Shown here: positions 1 through 13,639 of the stretch, in pieces
How positions within the stretch are numbered: the first letter of the stretch is position 1
How the letters are laid out: the number at the start of each line of letters is the position of its first letter
NCBI GenBank assembly: GCA_010015585.1
Contig: ML975154.1
DNA: 64,000 nt
Origin: Eremomyces bilateralis CBS 781.70
Taxonomy: Eukaryota
Strand: one strand, 5' to 3'
Position numbers and translations under genes: made by a program
The notes under the pieces: model-generated
What the model was told of the DNA's origin: nothing
Seen by the model: only the letters and a program-made list of their open reading frames with translations
Databases searched by the model: none

Positions 1-871
1 TAGTTTATCTGTTTGGCTTGACTCTGAGAACTGAGGATCGCTAGGCACGTTATGCCGATGAATCCGACGCCACCGATGCTAATATCAAAGTCCGCCCCGG
101 CACATGTGATCGGTGAAATCCTGCCCACCCCATTTAGGATCAATAGAATATGGAGTACGTTGGGTCCTTGGGGCATACTTATACTGTAATAGATCATACC
201 GGTCAAACTAAGTATACTTCCGTACGGGACAGTACCAATATCAAAATCAACTAGAATCTCCAGGAGGATCTATCGTTGTCTTTCATGGTTGGGGCATCTC
301 CAATCGGCATTCACCAACCAGGACAGCGAAGCAAGTGAGACACCGAGGAACGGACCTACCGATTTGCAGCTAGTGACGATAATACCGTACAGACTACGGT
401 AGCTGACAGAACCACTTCCCGATAACCCGTCTCCCCACCACTCAGCTGTCAAATAGCGAACCTGACCTCAAGCGCTAACGTCCTCAGATTTGGGCGCTAT
501 TCACTCCGGGTTTAGCCCATTCTTCCACTCCCCAAGCTTTCCTGAAAAACGTGGAAATGTCCTGGTCTAGATTCGGTATGGGTTCGGTGCTGCAGAGCTC
601 GCTGTTCCCCTGTATCCAAGCCGCCTGGGGGGTTCCGATCCAGAGCGTTCGGATGGTAGGTAGCAATACTTCTCGTACAGAAGTCCAAGGCAATTGAGGA
701 AATCGGGGACCGGCTCGTCTGGCACGACCACAGATCAGGATGGTGAACGTGAACGTCAAGGTGACTTGTTCGGTTGTTCCTCAGTTGGCTGGTCGGGCGG
801 CGTCCACGTCAGGAACGCAGCGTTCCCACTCGTTGCGCCGGCTGGGACCTTGACTTGGTGGCCCTCCACCG

Positions 872-914
872 TACACACTACACACTACACACTACACACT
901 ACACACTACACTAC
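872..914. repeat. (TACACAC)n microsatellite, 5 full copies plus a partial, followed by a CA-rich tract to about 1100
   Basis: ACACACT occurs at 873, 880, 887, 894 and 901. ACTACAGGCACC is duplicated near 976-999. Confidence 0.9.
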
Positions 915-1528
915 AATGCACACCACACACCACCCACGGACTGTACCTCTGTAGTCTGTACTACCACCAGATCCACTACAGGCACCACTACAGGCACCAC
1001 TCCACCCACCACGGCATCCACCATCCACAATCAGCCTCTTGTCCACGACACCTCGCCAAAACACTTGCATACTGTACCTACCTATCTACCTACTGCTTAA
1101 TCCTGTCGCACCACATCGCTATCCAACGGTACTCACCACCTCCACACCGTTGAACTTGGTGTTCCCTCGCCTTGATTGAACTCGACCGCGCTCCCTTCCA
1201 ATCGATCTCCGTCTAGATTCCCCTCGGTGTGCTGGCTGAGTGTTGGTCGCATCTCCGCATGTCCCCGCCACCCATCGTGCGACACGACTGACAAGCGACA
1301 TGCCTGCCGCCGCCTCTTGACTCTCCTCAGTCCTCACCTATCGTTCGCCTACCTGGATCGGGAATCCCCTGATAGGATATTAGGGCAGCACGCCGGACTT
1401 TCGATCCGCGGACAAATCCACAAGAGTTGACATGACTATCAAGAGCGCCCGCGATCGCTTCCAACCCTCTCCGATTTGATTGAGAACGTATATATTCAGT
1501 AGCTTGTTCCCGGATCTTGGATTTCGTC

Positions 1529-4500
1529 ATGGCCACTCGGGCTCAGCAGATGCAGAGAGCCCGCCCCGGCGACATCCTAATCGTTATCCGTACGTACGGC
1601 CCAATATCACCGTGGCGGACCCGAACGCCAACCCCACTCCTCAAATCTTGAGCGCAACCGGTGTGCTGACTTCCTGGGTATGCAGATGACTTCGAAGCGC
1701 GAACACCGGACGAGCTCGGTCTGTCCAAAGGTGATAGGATAGAGTTGCTCGTGCGGGACGATGATTTTGGAGATGGCTGGTTCCTGGGGAAGCACACATT
1801 AAACGGCTTAGAAGGGCTGTTTCCGGAGGGTAAGCGATCCGATTATTGACGGAGTCTTTGCGGTCCTGACGAAATGTCAAAGTCTATACAACTCCTTGGC
1901 CAAGCCAGCAGGTCACTCGAAATAGTCTTCCACCCCGCAAATCCGAACCCGCAGTTCCGGCAGAAGATACCGATAGCCACAACGAGAAGACGTTGCCGGT
2001 GCCACCGGAGGATACCCACCAAGATACAAGGGCTTCCGTAATGAGCACAGCTTCCGCTCCATCGATGAGCGGCGCATATCGGACGTCAACTGCCTCATCA
2101 ACACCTCGAAGCATGGGATTGGCGCTCAAGGGACAGCTGAACAGCCCTGTGATGGATCAGACGCTGAGCGTGATCGACGAGCACATTACGGACATGAGCA
2201 CTCCCAGGCACAGCTTAATCGGACGGGAAAGAAGAACAAATGATTCGGAAAGCGAATACAGCGCACGACTAGACCATCGCCTATCCTATATCAACGGCCA
2301 CGAGACCGATGAGGAGGAGCACCCGGGCTATACAGCACAAGAGGTGTTGAATTGGTCTCCCGAGCGGGTTGCAGAGTATCTCGAAGACGTTGGGGTTGAG
2401 AAGAGACATTGCGAAATCTTTCAAGAGCAAGAGATATCCGGCGAAGTTCTGCTGGGGATGGATCAATCATCTATTTTCCTAAAAGAATTCGAGCTCGGAT
2501 CCGTGGGAAAGAGACTGAAGACCTGGCATAAGATCAAAGCTATGCAAGAGGAGGTTTCACAACCAAAACAAACGCTGGCGGCTCCTTCAATCAACACACA
2601 ACGCAGCATCTCCGATTATGGCACAACGGACGATTCAGTCGATAGCGACCGACCAAGGAGCATATCGACAAGTGCCGTTCTTCCCAGGATTCCGAGCGTA
2701 CATGAAGGGTCGCCAAATCGACACCACCCATTCACACAGCCCTCTCAAAGGCCCGATCTCGCAACCCCCACCGGTCGAGGCGAGCACCATCGCAGGCCCT
2801 CCGCTGCCTCCGTCCGAAACATGAACCACAACCGGAGGCATTCGTCGATTGACTACGCTTCCGGAACTCCTCCTACGCCGGGAACACCCACACTCAAATC
2901 TGGTCTGGGATACAACAACATTGCTCACAAGAAACAAGGGTCCTTGGACAGGACTTGGACTATGAGCAGTCAGCAAACCCAATCGAGCACAGCGCTCGGA
3001 CCCAGATCCGCAACTGCTGCGAGTCACGTCCACTCCGCTTCCACAGACGGGGCACCGTATGATCCGCTTCGCGAACTAGACATGACCGTTATGAGCGCTG
3101 GTGAATTAGATCGCGGTTACTTTTCGGGCGGTGATGTCGAGGGCCGAAAAGCCCGGAATGTCCTCCGAAAGCGAGAGAGTCCGTCGCATTCGCGTGTCTC
3201 CAGCTTCCAGTCTCAAGCCGGGAAAGCCACGAGAAAACGAAGCGAATCTGCACGGCAGGATCGATTTGGAAGCACCGACGACTCGTTTCTGGATTCCCTT
3301 GCCATGACGGCGCCAGCGATAAACCGACGTTTCTTCGGACCCAAAGCACACAAAGGCGAGATGGATTTATCGAAGCCAATGATCCCGGCCAGGGACACGA
3401 GGTCTCCCACCGTGACGAAGTTGGAGTACGGCGACTCCCCCAGCATCGATGCCATCGCCGCGTCCTCCCCCGTAGCGGAAAGCGACAACTCCTCCTTGGA
3501 CAAAACGGTTCCCTCTCCTGCGACCTTCCGATCCAATTTCAATCGAATTAGGGTCACTGGTTTGCGTGCCATTTCGGACGCTGTCACTGGCAGCGAGAGG
3601 GCACTGGCGACATCCCCGGATAAGGTCCCTTCACCTCGCAAGGAATCTCCGCTGTCCCCTCGAACTGAAGCCAGCACGCCATCGGGGACGGGGAAATACT
3701 TCGATTATGACGATGTCTTAGCACAGAAGGCTTCCAATGATTCCTCGGGTGCTGGGACTCCGATACCCGTTCTCAGACCCCGTCGCAAATCGAAAAAGGA
3801 GACCAGCGCTTACAGTCGAGGACTGGAGAAGAAGTCGCCGGCCGAGCAGGTGGCAGGCTGCGATTTCAGCGGCTGGATGAAGAAACGCAGCAGCAACCTC
3901 ATGACGACGTGGAAACCTCGCTTCTTCGTGCTCCGGGGCCGACGCCTCTCGTACTACTACTCCGAGAATGACACCGAAGAGAAAGGGCTCATCGACATCT
4001 CGTTTCACCGCGTGCTACCCGCCAATAATGAGCGCCTTACCGGTCTACACGCCACCCTTACCGGCGCCACCCACTCGCCTACCTCCCCTAATCATTCTCA
4101 CCACCCATCCATCGACGCCAGCGACCCCACCAACCAGTCAACCAGCGCCCCCTCCACCAACTCTACCCCCACCATCGCCACCCTCGCCGCCGCGACCGTC
4201 TCCTCCCCCGCCTTAAAAGACCCCACCGGCACCTTCATCTTTAAGCTCGTCCCCCCCCGCTCCGGCCTCAGCAAAGCCGTCAACTTCACCAAGCCCACCG
4301 TCCACTACTTCGCCGTCGACAACCTCGCCACTGGCCGCCTCTGGATGGCCGCCCTCATGAAAGCCACCATCGACCGCGACGAGACCGCCTCCGTCGTGAC
4401 GACCTACAAAGAGAGCACCATCAGCCTCTCCAAGGCGCGCGCAATGCGGCAGCGACCGCCGGCGCTGCGCGATCTTGAGGAGGGCGCCGAGAACAACGTG

Positions 4501-4740
4501 GACCCACCGACGGTCGGAACCGAGGGCTCCAAGCAGAGCATGGAAGGCGCCAGCGTTGCAGGCGACAGCAGCAAATCCAAGGTCGACTCCGGCGCCGGGT
4601 TGGGGATCGGAATGTCGCCGGGGACGCCGGGGACGATGACGGATGAGAAGGGGAGTATAACGACCGATGGGGCGAGCGTGGGGAGGAAGTCCGGGGAAGG
4701 GAAGAAGAGCGCGAGTTTGAGTGGACAGGAAGCGGGGTGA
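1529..4740 (+). CDS. BOI2: Polarized-growth scaffold protein, Boi1/Boi2/Pob1 family (SH3 + SAM + PH)
   Basis: Exons 1529-1589, 1686-1829 and 1883-4740. Splicing gives an SH3 (HDFEARTPDELGLSKGDRIELL...DGWFLG...EGLFPEVY) in frame with the 915-aa ORF, which carries a SAM (WSPERVAEYL...FQEQEISGEVLL...LGSVGKRLK) and a PH domain (SGWMKKRSS...WKPRFFVLRGRRLSYY). Confidence 0.9.
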
Positions 4741-5063
4741 TTCTACGGGATGCTTCGGTACCGGTCGATGCGTTTGAGAACGCCTGGCTGTTTTATACCC
4801 GATGTGCAGCTGTCCGCAGTCGCGGTCCCTCAGGGTGGGGATTGAGTCGGCTTCAAGTATCTGTCTCCCGTGGCGAGAGAAGCAGCGGCTTCTAGGAGTG
4901 GGATGGCGAGGATACGCACCATGCCTCGGCAAAGGACATACGACCGCAAAGATTTCAAGCGTTGTAAAGCTTCAAGAGATTATCACATCTATACCGCATC
5001 CGGGATGCGGCTAATCTAGTCCACAATCTATCAACAATTAAGATGCTGTGGTCCTCCCGCTCA

Positions 5064-5921
5064 TCATAACTTCACTAGCATCCTGCTCTTATCTGCAATG
5101 ATCTGATCCAACTCGTCATCCCACGGTAGCCGAACCTCCCCCGGCGGCGGGAAGCTCAGTTTATGATGTTCCACCGTGCAATAGATCTCCTTCCCATCCA
5201 AGCTCGTCAACTCGCCCCGCACCATCGCCGCCGACTTGCCGAATTGCATGACCTTAGCTTCGATGCGAACCTCGCCAGTGCGGGTGACGGGTTTCAGGAA
5301 GGATATGTTAATGACACGGGATATGCCGTGTGGAGCCCTTGGACAGTTAGCGACATGCCTGGTGTCAGACGTTGTGGGTACTCACGGCCAGAAACCGGGC
5401 CTCGAGACTGTTGCAATCGCGTGGCCAGTCGCGATGTCTATCCACCATCAGATTTCTTCTTTATGTAGTTGAATCGGATGCGCATTACCCATCACACTCG
5501 CCAATGCTCCGCCGAATGCGCTACCTGCTTCTTCTTAGCCTCACGCGCGCGGATGAATCCAGGGGTTCGCCCATACCGGCCAGATTGAAGTGAATCCCTT
5601 TAATCGGTATATGGAAGACCACTCGCATATGCTCCGCTTCAACGGGCTCTAGGTCTTGGAGCAACGTATGGTCGACATGCTACGGGTTCTTGCGCTCAGT
5701 CCCCGGTGGTCTTTCGGAATCCATCGGACCCGCTACTCACCTCCTCCCCGCCGTTTGCTTTCTGTTGGGCTTCGGCGATCTGTAATCTGGCGATGGTGTT
5801 AGGGGCTTCCCGTTCGTTTCTCAACCGGTTCTTGGAACGGGGATGGAGCGGCGACTTGCCTCTCTATCGAGGCTTTGACAGCTTTCATGCATTGTTCGGG
5901 GGTGAGTATTAAATCCTTCAT
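5064..5921 (-). CDS. Hotdog-fold acyl-CoA thioesterase (PaaI/ACOT13-like)
   Basis: Six exons join to MKDLILTPEQCMKAV...HFNLAGSAFGGALASVMDIATGHAIATVSRPGFWPAPHGISRVINISFLKP...EAKVMQFGKSAAMVRGEL...YCTVEHHK, matching the N-x-x-G...GG...D thioesterase pattern. The first intron appears to be GC-AG. Only the last exon is in the ORF track. Confidence 0.8.
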
Positions 5922-6787
5922 GGTGGGAACTGGAGACTCTGGAGCGGATTCAAGGAAATTTCAAGACGTGGACGAGGGTAGAAGTAACGAACGCGCTGCA
6001 AGGCCAATGAAGTGTATACGAAAAGACAAGATACACCAACGTAAGACAGGCGGAGACAGGAAACGAAACAGGTACCAATTGCATGGCATCGACTACACCG
6101 TCGTCCTATAAGAAATCTGGCCATTTATTAAGGATCCACACTGAATGAACCGCTAGAAGCAGCCAAACCCTTCTTACTGAGCCGACTTTTATATAAAGAT
6201 TAGCCATCTTTTACTATCCTGGCTCGGCTCTAGGGGGTGCCGCCTCATCTGATATAAGCCGCTCAGCAGAACCTCCTCTAGGGCGCCGGATTCTAATAAA
6301 GCAGATATACGCATTTATGGTTGGGAGCTAGTACAAATGAACTAACTGCTTATATATAAAGGCAGTACGCAATGAAGATGGTGAGACCCATAGATCAGCC
6401 TCCGTGGACGGGAGTTGTTTTCGGGCTGAGGTGAGGTCGAAAATTGGAAGACAAGGTATCAAACAAGAGATTAAATCCGAGGTATCGGCAATTCGATGTT
6501 TTCGAGAGCTCGAGGGAGGAGACTGTAAGATTCAGGAAATATCGTGAACAATACTCGTGATGATTGACAATGAACGTCATGGCTCAGCTGGAGTTTCTAT
6601 TGGTCCAGGCCCTTGCATGTCTTCCAAATTCTAGAAGCTCCCCGGAAAGAGAAAAGAGCGCCTAAAACCAGTGCGCATGCAATACTACACATGCAATACT
6701 GTACATCCCATTCACTTCGTAAGCCTCCGAGTACCCGGTTAAGGATCTTACCTGTATCCTCCAGTCTTTATCATCCGGGTGTCAGAA

Positions 6788-7755
6788 ATGGATGTGATTA
6801 CCATTAATGCATCACCGTCGGCTGAGGAATTTACCCCGCTGACGGAGCATCAATCACAAACACCTGTGGCCTTCTATGGCAGCAAACCAGTCTTGCACTA
6901 TAGCTCAAGCGGAGCCGTGGTGTTGATACCGCAGTCGGTTCTCTTCAAGTTCGACCAATTCGCCGCGCTCAACGATGGAGTATCAAGTGTCAGTCCCGTG
7001 GCCAACGGTGATGCGCAAAACGGGACCACAGAAGATGTCGAGACGAGAATACAAGACTTGGACATTTGGGTGACTTCGGAGTACGTGTACATGCGGTGAT
7101 CGACCGATCAATACTAACCATGCTCTGCAGATCGTTGATCATATGGGCTCCCGCCACCAGAAAAGGCGTCTCAATCCCATATCCCACCATCGCCCTACAC
7201 GCCCTCCAACGCGTCTCAGACCCCCCCAGCGCATCGCAAGGCGTATACCTTAGCCTTCACACCGTCGACATCAACCAGGCCGACATGGGCGAAGATATCG
7301 AGACCATCGACTTCACGCTCATCCCGTCCAACCAGAGCCCTTCAACTGCCGATGCATCCTCAACAGGAGCCGCATCACCGTCCGCCGCCGAGTCGCTTTT
7401 CGCGGCGCTCTCCACGTGCGCCGACCTCCATCCCGACCCTTCTCCAGACGATGAGGCAGAGCCGTCTATAATAGGCGGAATGGGCGGACTGGGGGGACTG
7501 GGCGGGATTGGCGGGCCACCAGGGGACGGTGGATGGATCACGTCGGAGAACATTGGGCAATTCGAAGACGCGGATGGGAACTTCGTGGGCTTTCAAGGGA
7601 GTGGAGGGGCGGCTGTTGCGGGCACCGTGCATGGCCGAGGTGACGAGGAAGATGAAGGGTTTGAGGAAGACGAGGCTGGAGAGGGAGCCGGAGAAGGGAT
7701 GGAGGGTGGTGATGCGGGGAATAGGGGCGAGACAAAATGGAGGCGGACGGAGTGA
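6788..7755 (+). CDS. ICln/Voldacs (regulator of volume decrease; LOT5/pICln-like) protein
   Basis: Exon 1 MDVITINASP...FTPLTEHQSQTP..., intron about 7081-7129 (GTACGT...CTAAC...CAG), exon 2 with GVSIPYPTIALHA and LFAALSTCADLHPDP, then an acidic Gly-rich tail. Confidence 0.8.
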
Positions 7756-7885
7756 AACGGGGCGTGTATGCCTCTCAAAACTGTTTACAAGGGATATGGT
7801 TTTGGGATGACTGGTTTGAAATATCGAGCGCTATGGGGGCGCTTCAAAGGTTCATGTCTAGATACCCCAAGTCTCGCAAATGGCA

Positions 7886-9150
7886 TCACAACGGCCTATA
7901 GAACCCCTTCCCCTCATCAGGTTGGACAGTGTCGAACTTCCTCTCGTCAGGTTGGATGGTGTCGAACTCATCAGGTTCGACGGTGTCGGACTTCCCCTTA
8001 TCCGGTTTGACCACGTCGAAATCGACAGTTCGCACATTACCGCTGTCATCGCAGTCTAAGCCCGATGCTTGCAAGGCCGCCCACCGCACGCCTGCCATTC
8101 CCAGGAATTGACCCTTGGGACCCGCGGTCATGGCGCTGCACGCGAGGATGTCGTCCATCGCCTTCATGCCGCCCGGCCCGTCTTGTAGTTCTCGCACCTG
8201 CTCTTGGACCATGGTGATCTTCTTTCGAAGGTCCGTCGTCAACGCCTCGGACGTATTGTCCCCGAACCAGGAGTTTCTTCCCGGAGGGAGCAATCGATCC
8301 ACTTTGGAGAGGACGATCTGGTGCGGGACGTTCATCTCGTACAGAAGCTGAAGCAGATGCAAATCGGATTCCATGAGGAGTTCCTTGCTGCTAACCAGGA
8401 CGAACACTCTCCGAAGCCTTGGTGGATCAGCTATTAGCACACTTCTCATAGAACATCCGGAACCATGAACACGCACTGTTTCCTCTGCTTCAAAAACTTC
8501 AATATCTCCCCTCCCCACGCATCGCGACTCCCAAACCCATAACCCGGCATATCCACCACTACCAGACCCCCCCTCCCAATCCACCTCTCCTCCACTAACT
8601 TCGGCGCCTTCCCCTTCCTATCAATCCACTTCCTCCTGGTCCCCCCCGCATCATCTCGATCCCCTCCCCTCCCCACCTTAAAGAAATTCATCTCCTTCGT
8701 CAACCCCGGCCGCTTGCTCACCTTCGCCAACGCCGTCTTCGCCGCCGCCGGGCCCGGTGGTCGGCGCATGAGCGCGTTCAGCAGCGACGATTTCCCAATA
8801 TTGCTGCGGCCGAGGAAGGCGATCTCAGGGGCCAGCGAGTCGCGCGGGAGGGAGAGGAGTGACGTCGAGGCGAAGAGGAACGAGGCGGGTTGGCGGAAGA
8901 ATTTGTTGACGTAGGTGAGTTGCGCGGCGTTAGGCGGGGTGGTATCGGTATATAGGCCGATCGACTCAGCGGTGACGGTGGGGTTGAGGACTTTCGGCTC
9001 GGTGGATTGCCGACTCGAGCGCATGGGTCGATAGCGGGCATGGAGGAGGTTGGACGTGTGGAGCGGGCGGCGCTCATGGAGGTTGGTGGGTGGATGGGGG
9101 GGAAAAGGCCGGCGGAGGATGCGCGCAGACCAAAGACGCCATGTTGTCAT
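7886..9150 (-). CDS. EngB/YihA-family GTP-binding protein, probably mitochondrial (MRX8-like)
   Basis: G1 EIAFLGRSNIGKSSLLNAL, G2 SKRPGLT, G3 VVDMPGYG, G4 SKVD. Intron 8418-8476. The N-terminus MTTWRLWSARILRR resembles an Arg-rich presequence. Confidence 0.85.
7915..7994 (-). repeat. Three imperfect 21-27 bp coding tandem repeats (DT-x-[QE]-PDE) in the GTPase C-terminus
   Basis: Protein reads SDTVEPDE-FDTIQPDE-RKFDTVQPDE. TCAGGTT...GTGTCG occurs three times on the + strand. Confidence 0.8.
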
Positions 9151-9383
9151 GTCTCGGGCAGATGGAACCCGCTTCAGACAGACATTGAGTACGCCTGAAG
9201 AGACATGTAATGCTAATGATCGTTCCGTAGACGAGAAGAAATAGTCGTGGTGACTGGTGAGTCCAAAGATGATGTCGAAATATCTGAGGTCCGAGCTCGA
9301 ATATCGGAACTCATCACTCCTCTCACGACTCACGCGCCAGGACCACTCATTTACGGAGTACAATAATTGAAAATGAACATTTC

Positions 9384-10470
9384 ATGAGTTCGCAATTCCC
9401 TACAAAGCGCATCGCCGTCCTCACAGGACACAATGGTAAAATACGTCATTTGAAAGACCTTGAACTCAGTTCTAATCAGTACATCAGGCCCCGTCCACGC
9501 CGTCACCTACTCCTCCGGACTAGGCCAATACGTACGTCTTAATCGACTACAGCAGCTTATACATAATTTTAACGTCCCCCAGATTCTCACCGGCTCTTCC
9601 GACCGCCTCGTCCGCCTCTACAACCCCTCCACCTCCCCCTCACCTGGCCCCATCCAAACCTACCACGCCCACGGCCACACCGTCCTCGACCTCTCCATCT
9701 CCACCTCCAACGCCCGCTTCGCCTCCGTCGGCGGTGACCGCCTCGTCTTCCTCTGGGACGTCGCCTCCGCCACTACCCTCCGCCGCTTCGGCGGGCACGT
9801 CGGGCGGGTCAACGCCGTCGCGTTCGCCGGCGACGACGACACGGTGCTGGCGAGCGGTAGCTTCGACGGGACGGTGCGCCTGTGGGACTGCAAGAGTAAT
9901 AGTTCGCGGGCGCTGATGACGCTGTCAGAGGCGCGGGATGCGGTGGTGAGTGTCGCGGTGGTCGGGGCGGATGTGTATGCGGGAGGCGCGGACGGGCGGG
10001 TGCGGGTGTACGATGTGCGGATGGGGATGCAGTGCACGGATGTGGTGGGGGCGGCGGTGACGCATGTGGAGCCGACGAAGTTGGGGGAGGCGTATTTGGT
10101 AGGGAGCGCAGATTCGCGGGTGCGGTTTATGGAGCGGGGGTCGGGGAAGTGCTTGATGAGTTATAAGGCGGAGGATTATAAGAGTGAGGGGCTGCGGTTG
10201 CGGTGCGCGTTGGGTCCGGGGGAGAGAACGGTGGTTGCTGGGGGTGAGGAGGGGAAGATTTGTGTATGGGATACGATGGAGGGCACGCTGTTGCATGTGC
10301 TGGAGCATGAGGGACCGGAATCAAAGGCGAGCAAGAAGATTTTGAGCGAGACTGCGCAGAAAGAGAGGAAGGTGGTTAGCGCAGTGGCGGTTTGCAAGAG
10401 TCAGAGCAAGAAAGAGTGGTGCAGTGCCGGTGGGAATGGCGAGGTTGTAGTTTGGGGCCTTGGGCGGTGA
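9384..10470 (+). CDS. WD40 repeat protein WDR83/MORG1-like
   Basis: Exon 1 MSSQFPTKRIAVLTGHN, two short introns, then WD repeats (ILTGSSDRLVRLYNP; FASVGGDRLVFLWDV; GHVGRVNAVAF...LASGSFDGTVRLWDCKS). Confidence 0.85.
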
Positions 10471-10710
10471 TGTCAAAAAGAGCGGCCGAGAGTTCAGTGA
10501 TCACACTGAGAGGTTGTCGCACGCGAAGATAAGATATCGACTTCATAATTCTTTGAAAATGACCGTGTCCAAGGTGACGGAAGTATGGAACAATTCCTCC
10601 TGATCCATCGAAGAAGCTGCTAATATCTCTAGATCTATGGGTGTCCAGTTCCCGGCTAAACCATAAGCCATACGCAAGAAATAAGGAGTCAAACTACTGC
10701 AGTACCACAT

Positions 10711-11963
<1,253 letters not shown>

Positions 11964-13639
11964 TTTGACGGATGGAGGGGTAGGTCAAGATACTTGGAGA
12001 GTCTTGTTGATGAGGGGTAGGTATGGATATGGACTGGTACCTGACCGAAGCTGTTTTTCGAAGATAGAAAGAAAGTGCAATGGCAATTGAAAAACAGGAT
12101 CCTAATATCTTGGAGGGAGAAGCTGGAGTTTAAGTAAGTTTCGATCTGGATAGGTGTCTCCTGCCTCCGATCCACCGATTAAGTCATCGCACCGGACGGA
12201 TTACAGATTTACAGACCTTGGGAATGTCGGCGAGAGCAATAGTCATTCGTGCAAGGTTGCCATTGGAACCTCGAAGGCATGGCCCGTTTTAGGGTCCAGT
12301 GTTAATTTGATCGGCTTCCTGATCGAGGGGAGATACAGAGGGGCATACAGAGGGGCCATTGGGTGCTGCTCAGCGAGTTGAGCCGAGTCCTGGCTCCTGA
12401 GCTTGAGGAGGCGGGCCGATTTAGGTATCGTGAAGCGATTGAGTCTGGGCTAGCCTATTGACTCGATGGGTCCCCCTCATCAAGCCAGGACTTGCTAGGA
12501 GGGCAGGATACGAAAATAACGAAATCCCTTTACTATCACATTGCCATCGGATGATATGACGCGTTTTCTGTATGGGAGACTGGAGTGGGAGACTGAGGCT
12601 TGGATGGGGTTGGGGCTCGGCGGCTCGCTCCGTTGCTGACTCACTGGCCATCCCCAAGTTCTCAACATCTCCTCCCATAGTGTTGGCGTCAGATTATCCA
12701 ACCACGATGCGGAATACTTACCGAATCGCCTGTCGTGAGCTGAATAATTGTACTAGGGATGATTTGTGAGTCCTCATGGAAATACTCCGTGTCAACCCAA
12801 AATGGCTGTTGATAGATATTTCGTTCCTATTCTCTCCTCATCATCATATTAGAGTCATACCTATGCGCGTCGCTGAGTAATGCTTAATTAGCTGCTGCCT
12901 GCTGGAATGTTGGGTTTCTACATCATGACAAAGTCCTTGGCTGCACAAATTGCATATTTCAATCTATCTCCATCGTCTGCGGCGGTTCTCAGGTTGTCAG
13001 TCTCGAAGGTTTTGGTCTCGAAGGTTCTCGGCGTCCGACTACTGACCGAGAAGCGAGAGTATCAAGGGATGTTCTAGCCCCGCATCCATCCAGAAGAGCT
13101 GTGAAAAGTACCGGTACTCCCAGACAGGAGGGATACTTTGATGCGGAAGACACTATCGTCAGTGTAGATGATAGTACTAATAAGCCAGGTCAGCTATCTG
13201 TAGGGTCTAGGTAAGATCAATGCCAGAAGAGAGGAGTTCAAGGGGAAGATGGCTTGCATTCCTTTCCAGTTCATCCCTCTCCTCACGTCGTATTGACCAG
13301 CCTCGTACTGATGCTCTATACATTCCACTCATTGTTTTGATTTTATACATGCCAGAAAAGTCGGGTGATTGTACGTCCATCACCACTTTTCCCATTGTTC
13401 TCTGGGATGGGCATTTTCAACTTCATCTTTTATTCTCACAGTCATTACCAGGTCAGGACAACAACACTGAAAGATTGGTTGAAGAGGATCCACGCTCCTT
13501 TCTTTTGAGATCCTTGAAGATTTGTCCCCTTTTTAGCCCTATTGTACATACATTGTGGAGATTGAGAATATTGCGCAATCTCTTAAACCTTCAAGCGAAT
13601 ATCACGAAACTGTTGTTTGTCTCTTAGTTCAATGCAGTC

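Noticed and set aside
9151..9363. ORF-track N-terminal extensions from non-ATG starts (also 34935-35015 for NOB1 and 20621-20683)
   Set aside because: These come from bacterial-style TTG/GTG start calling. The first plausible in-frame ATG was used instead.
12330..13030. Short direct repeats ATACAGAGGGGC x2 (about 12333) and GTCTCGAAGGTT x2 (about 13000)
   Set aside because: Two-copy 12-mers are consistent with ordinary slippage and do not form an array.
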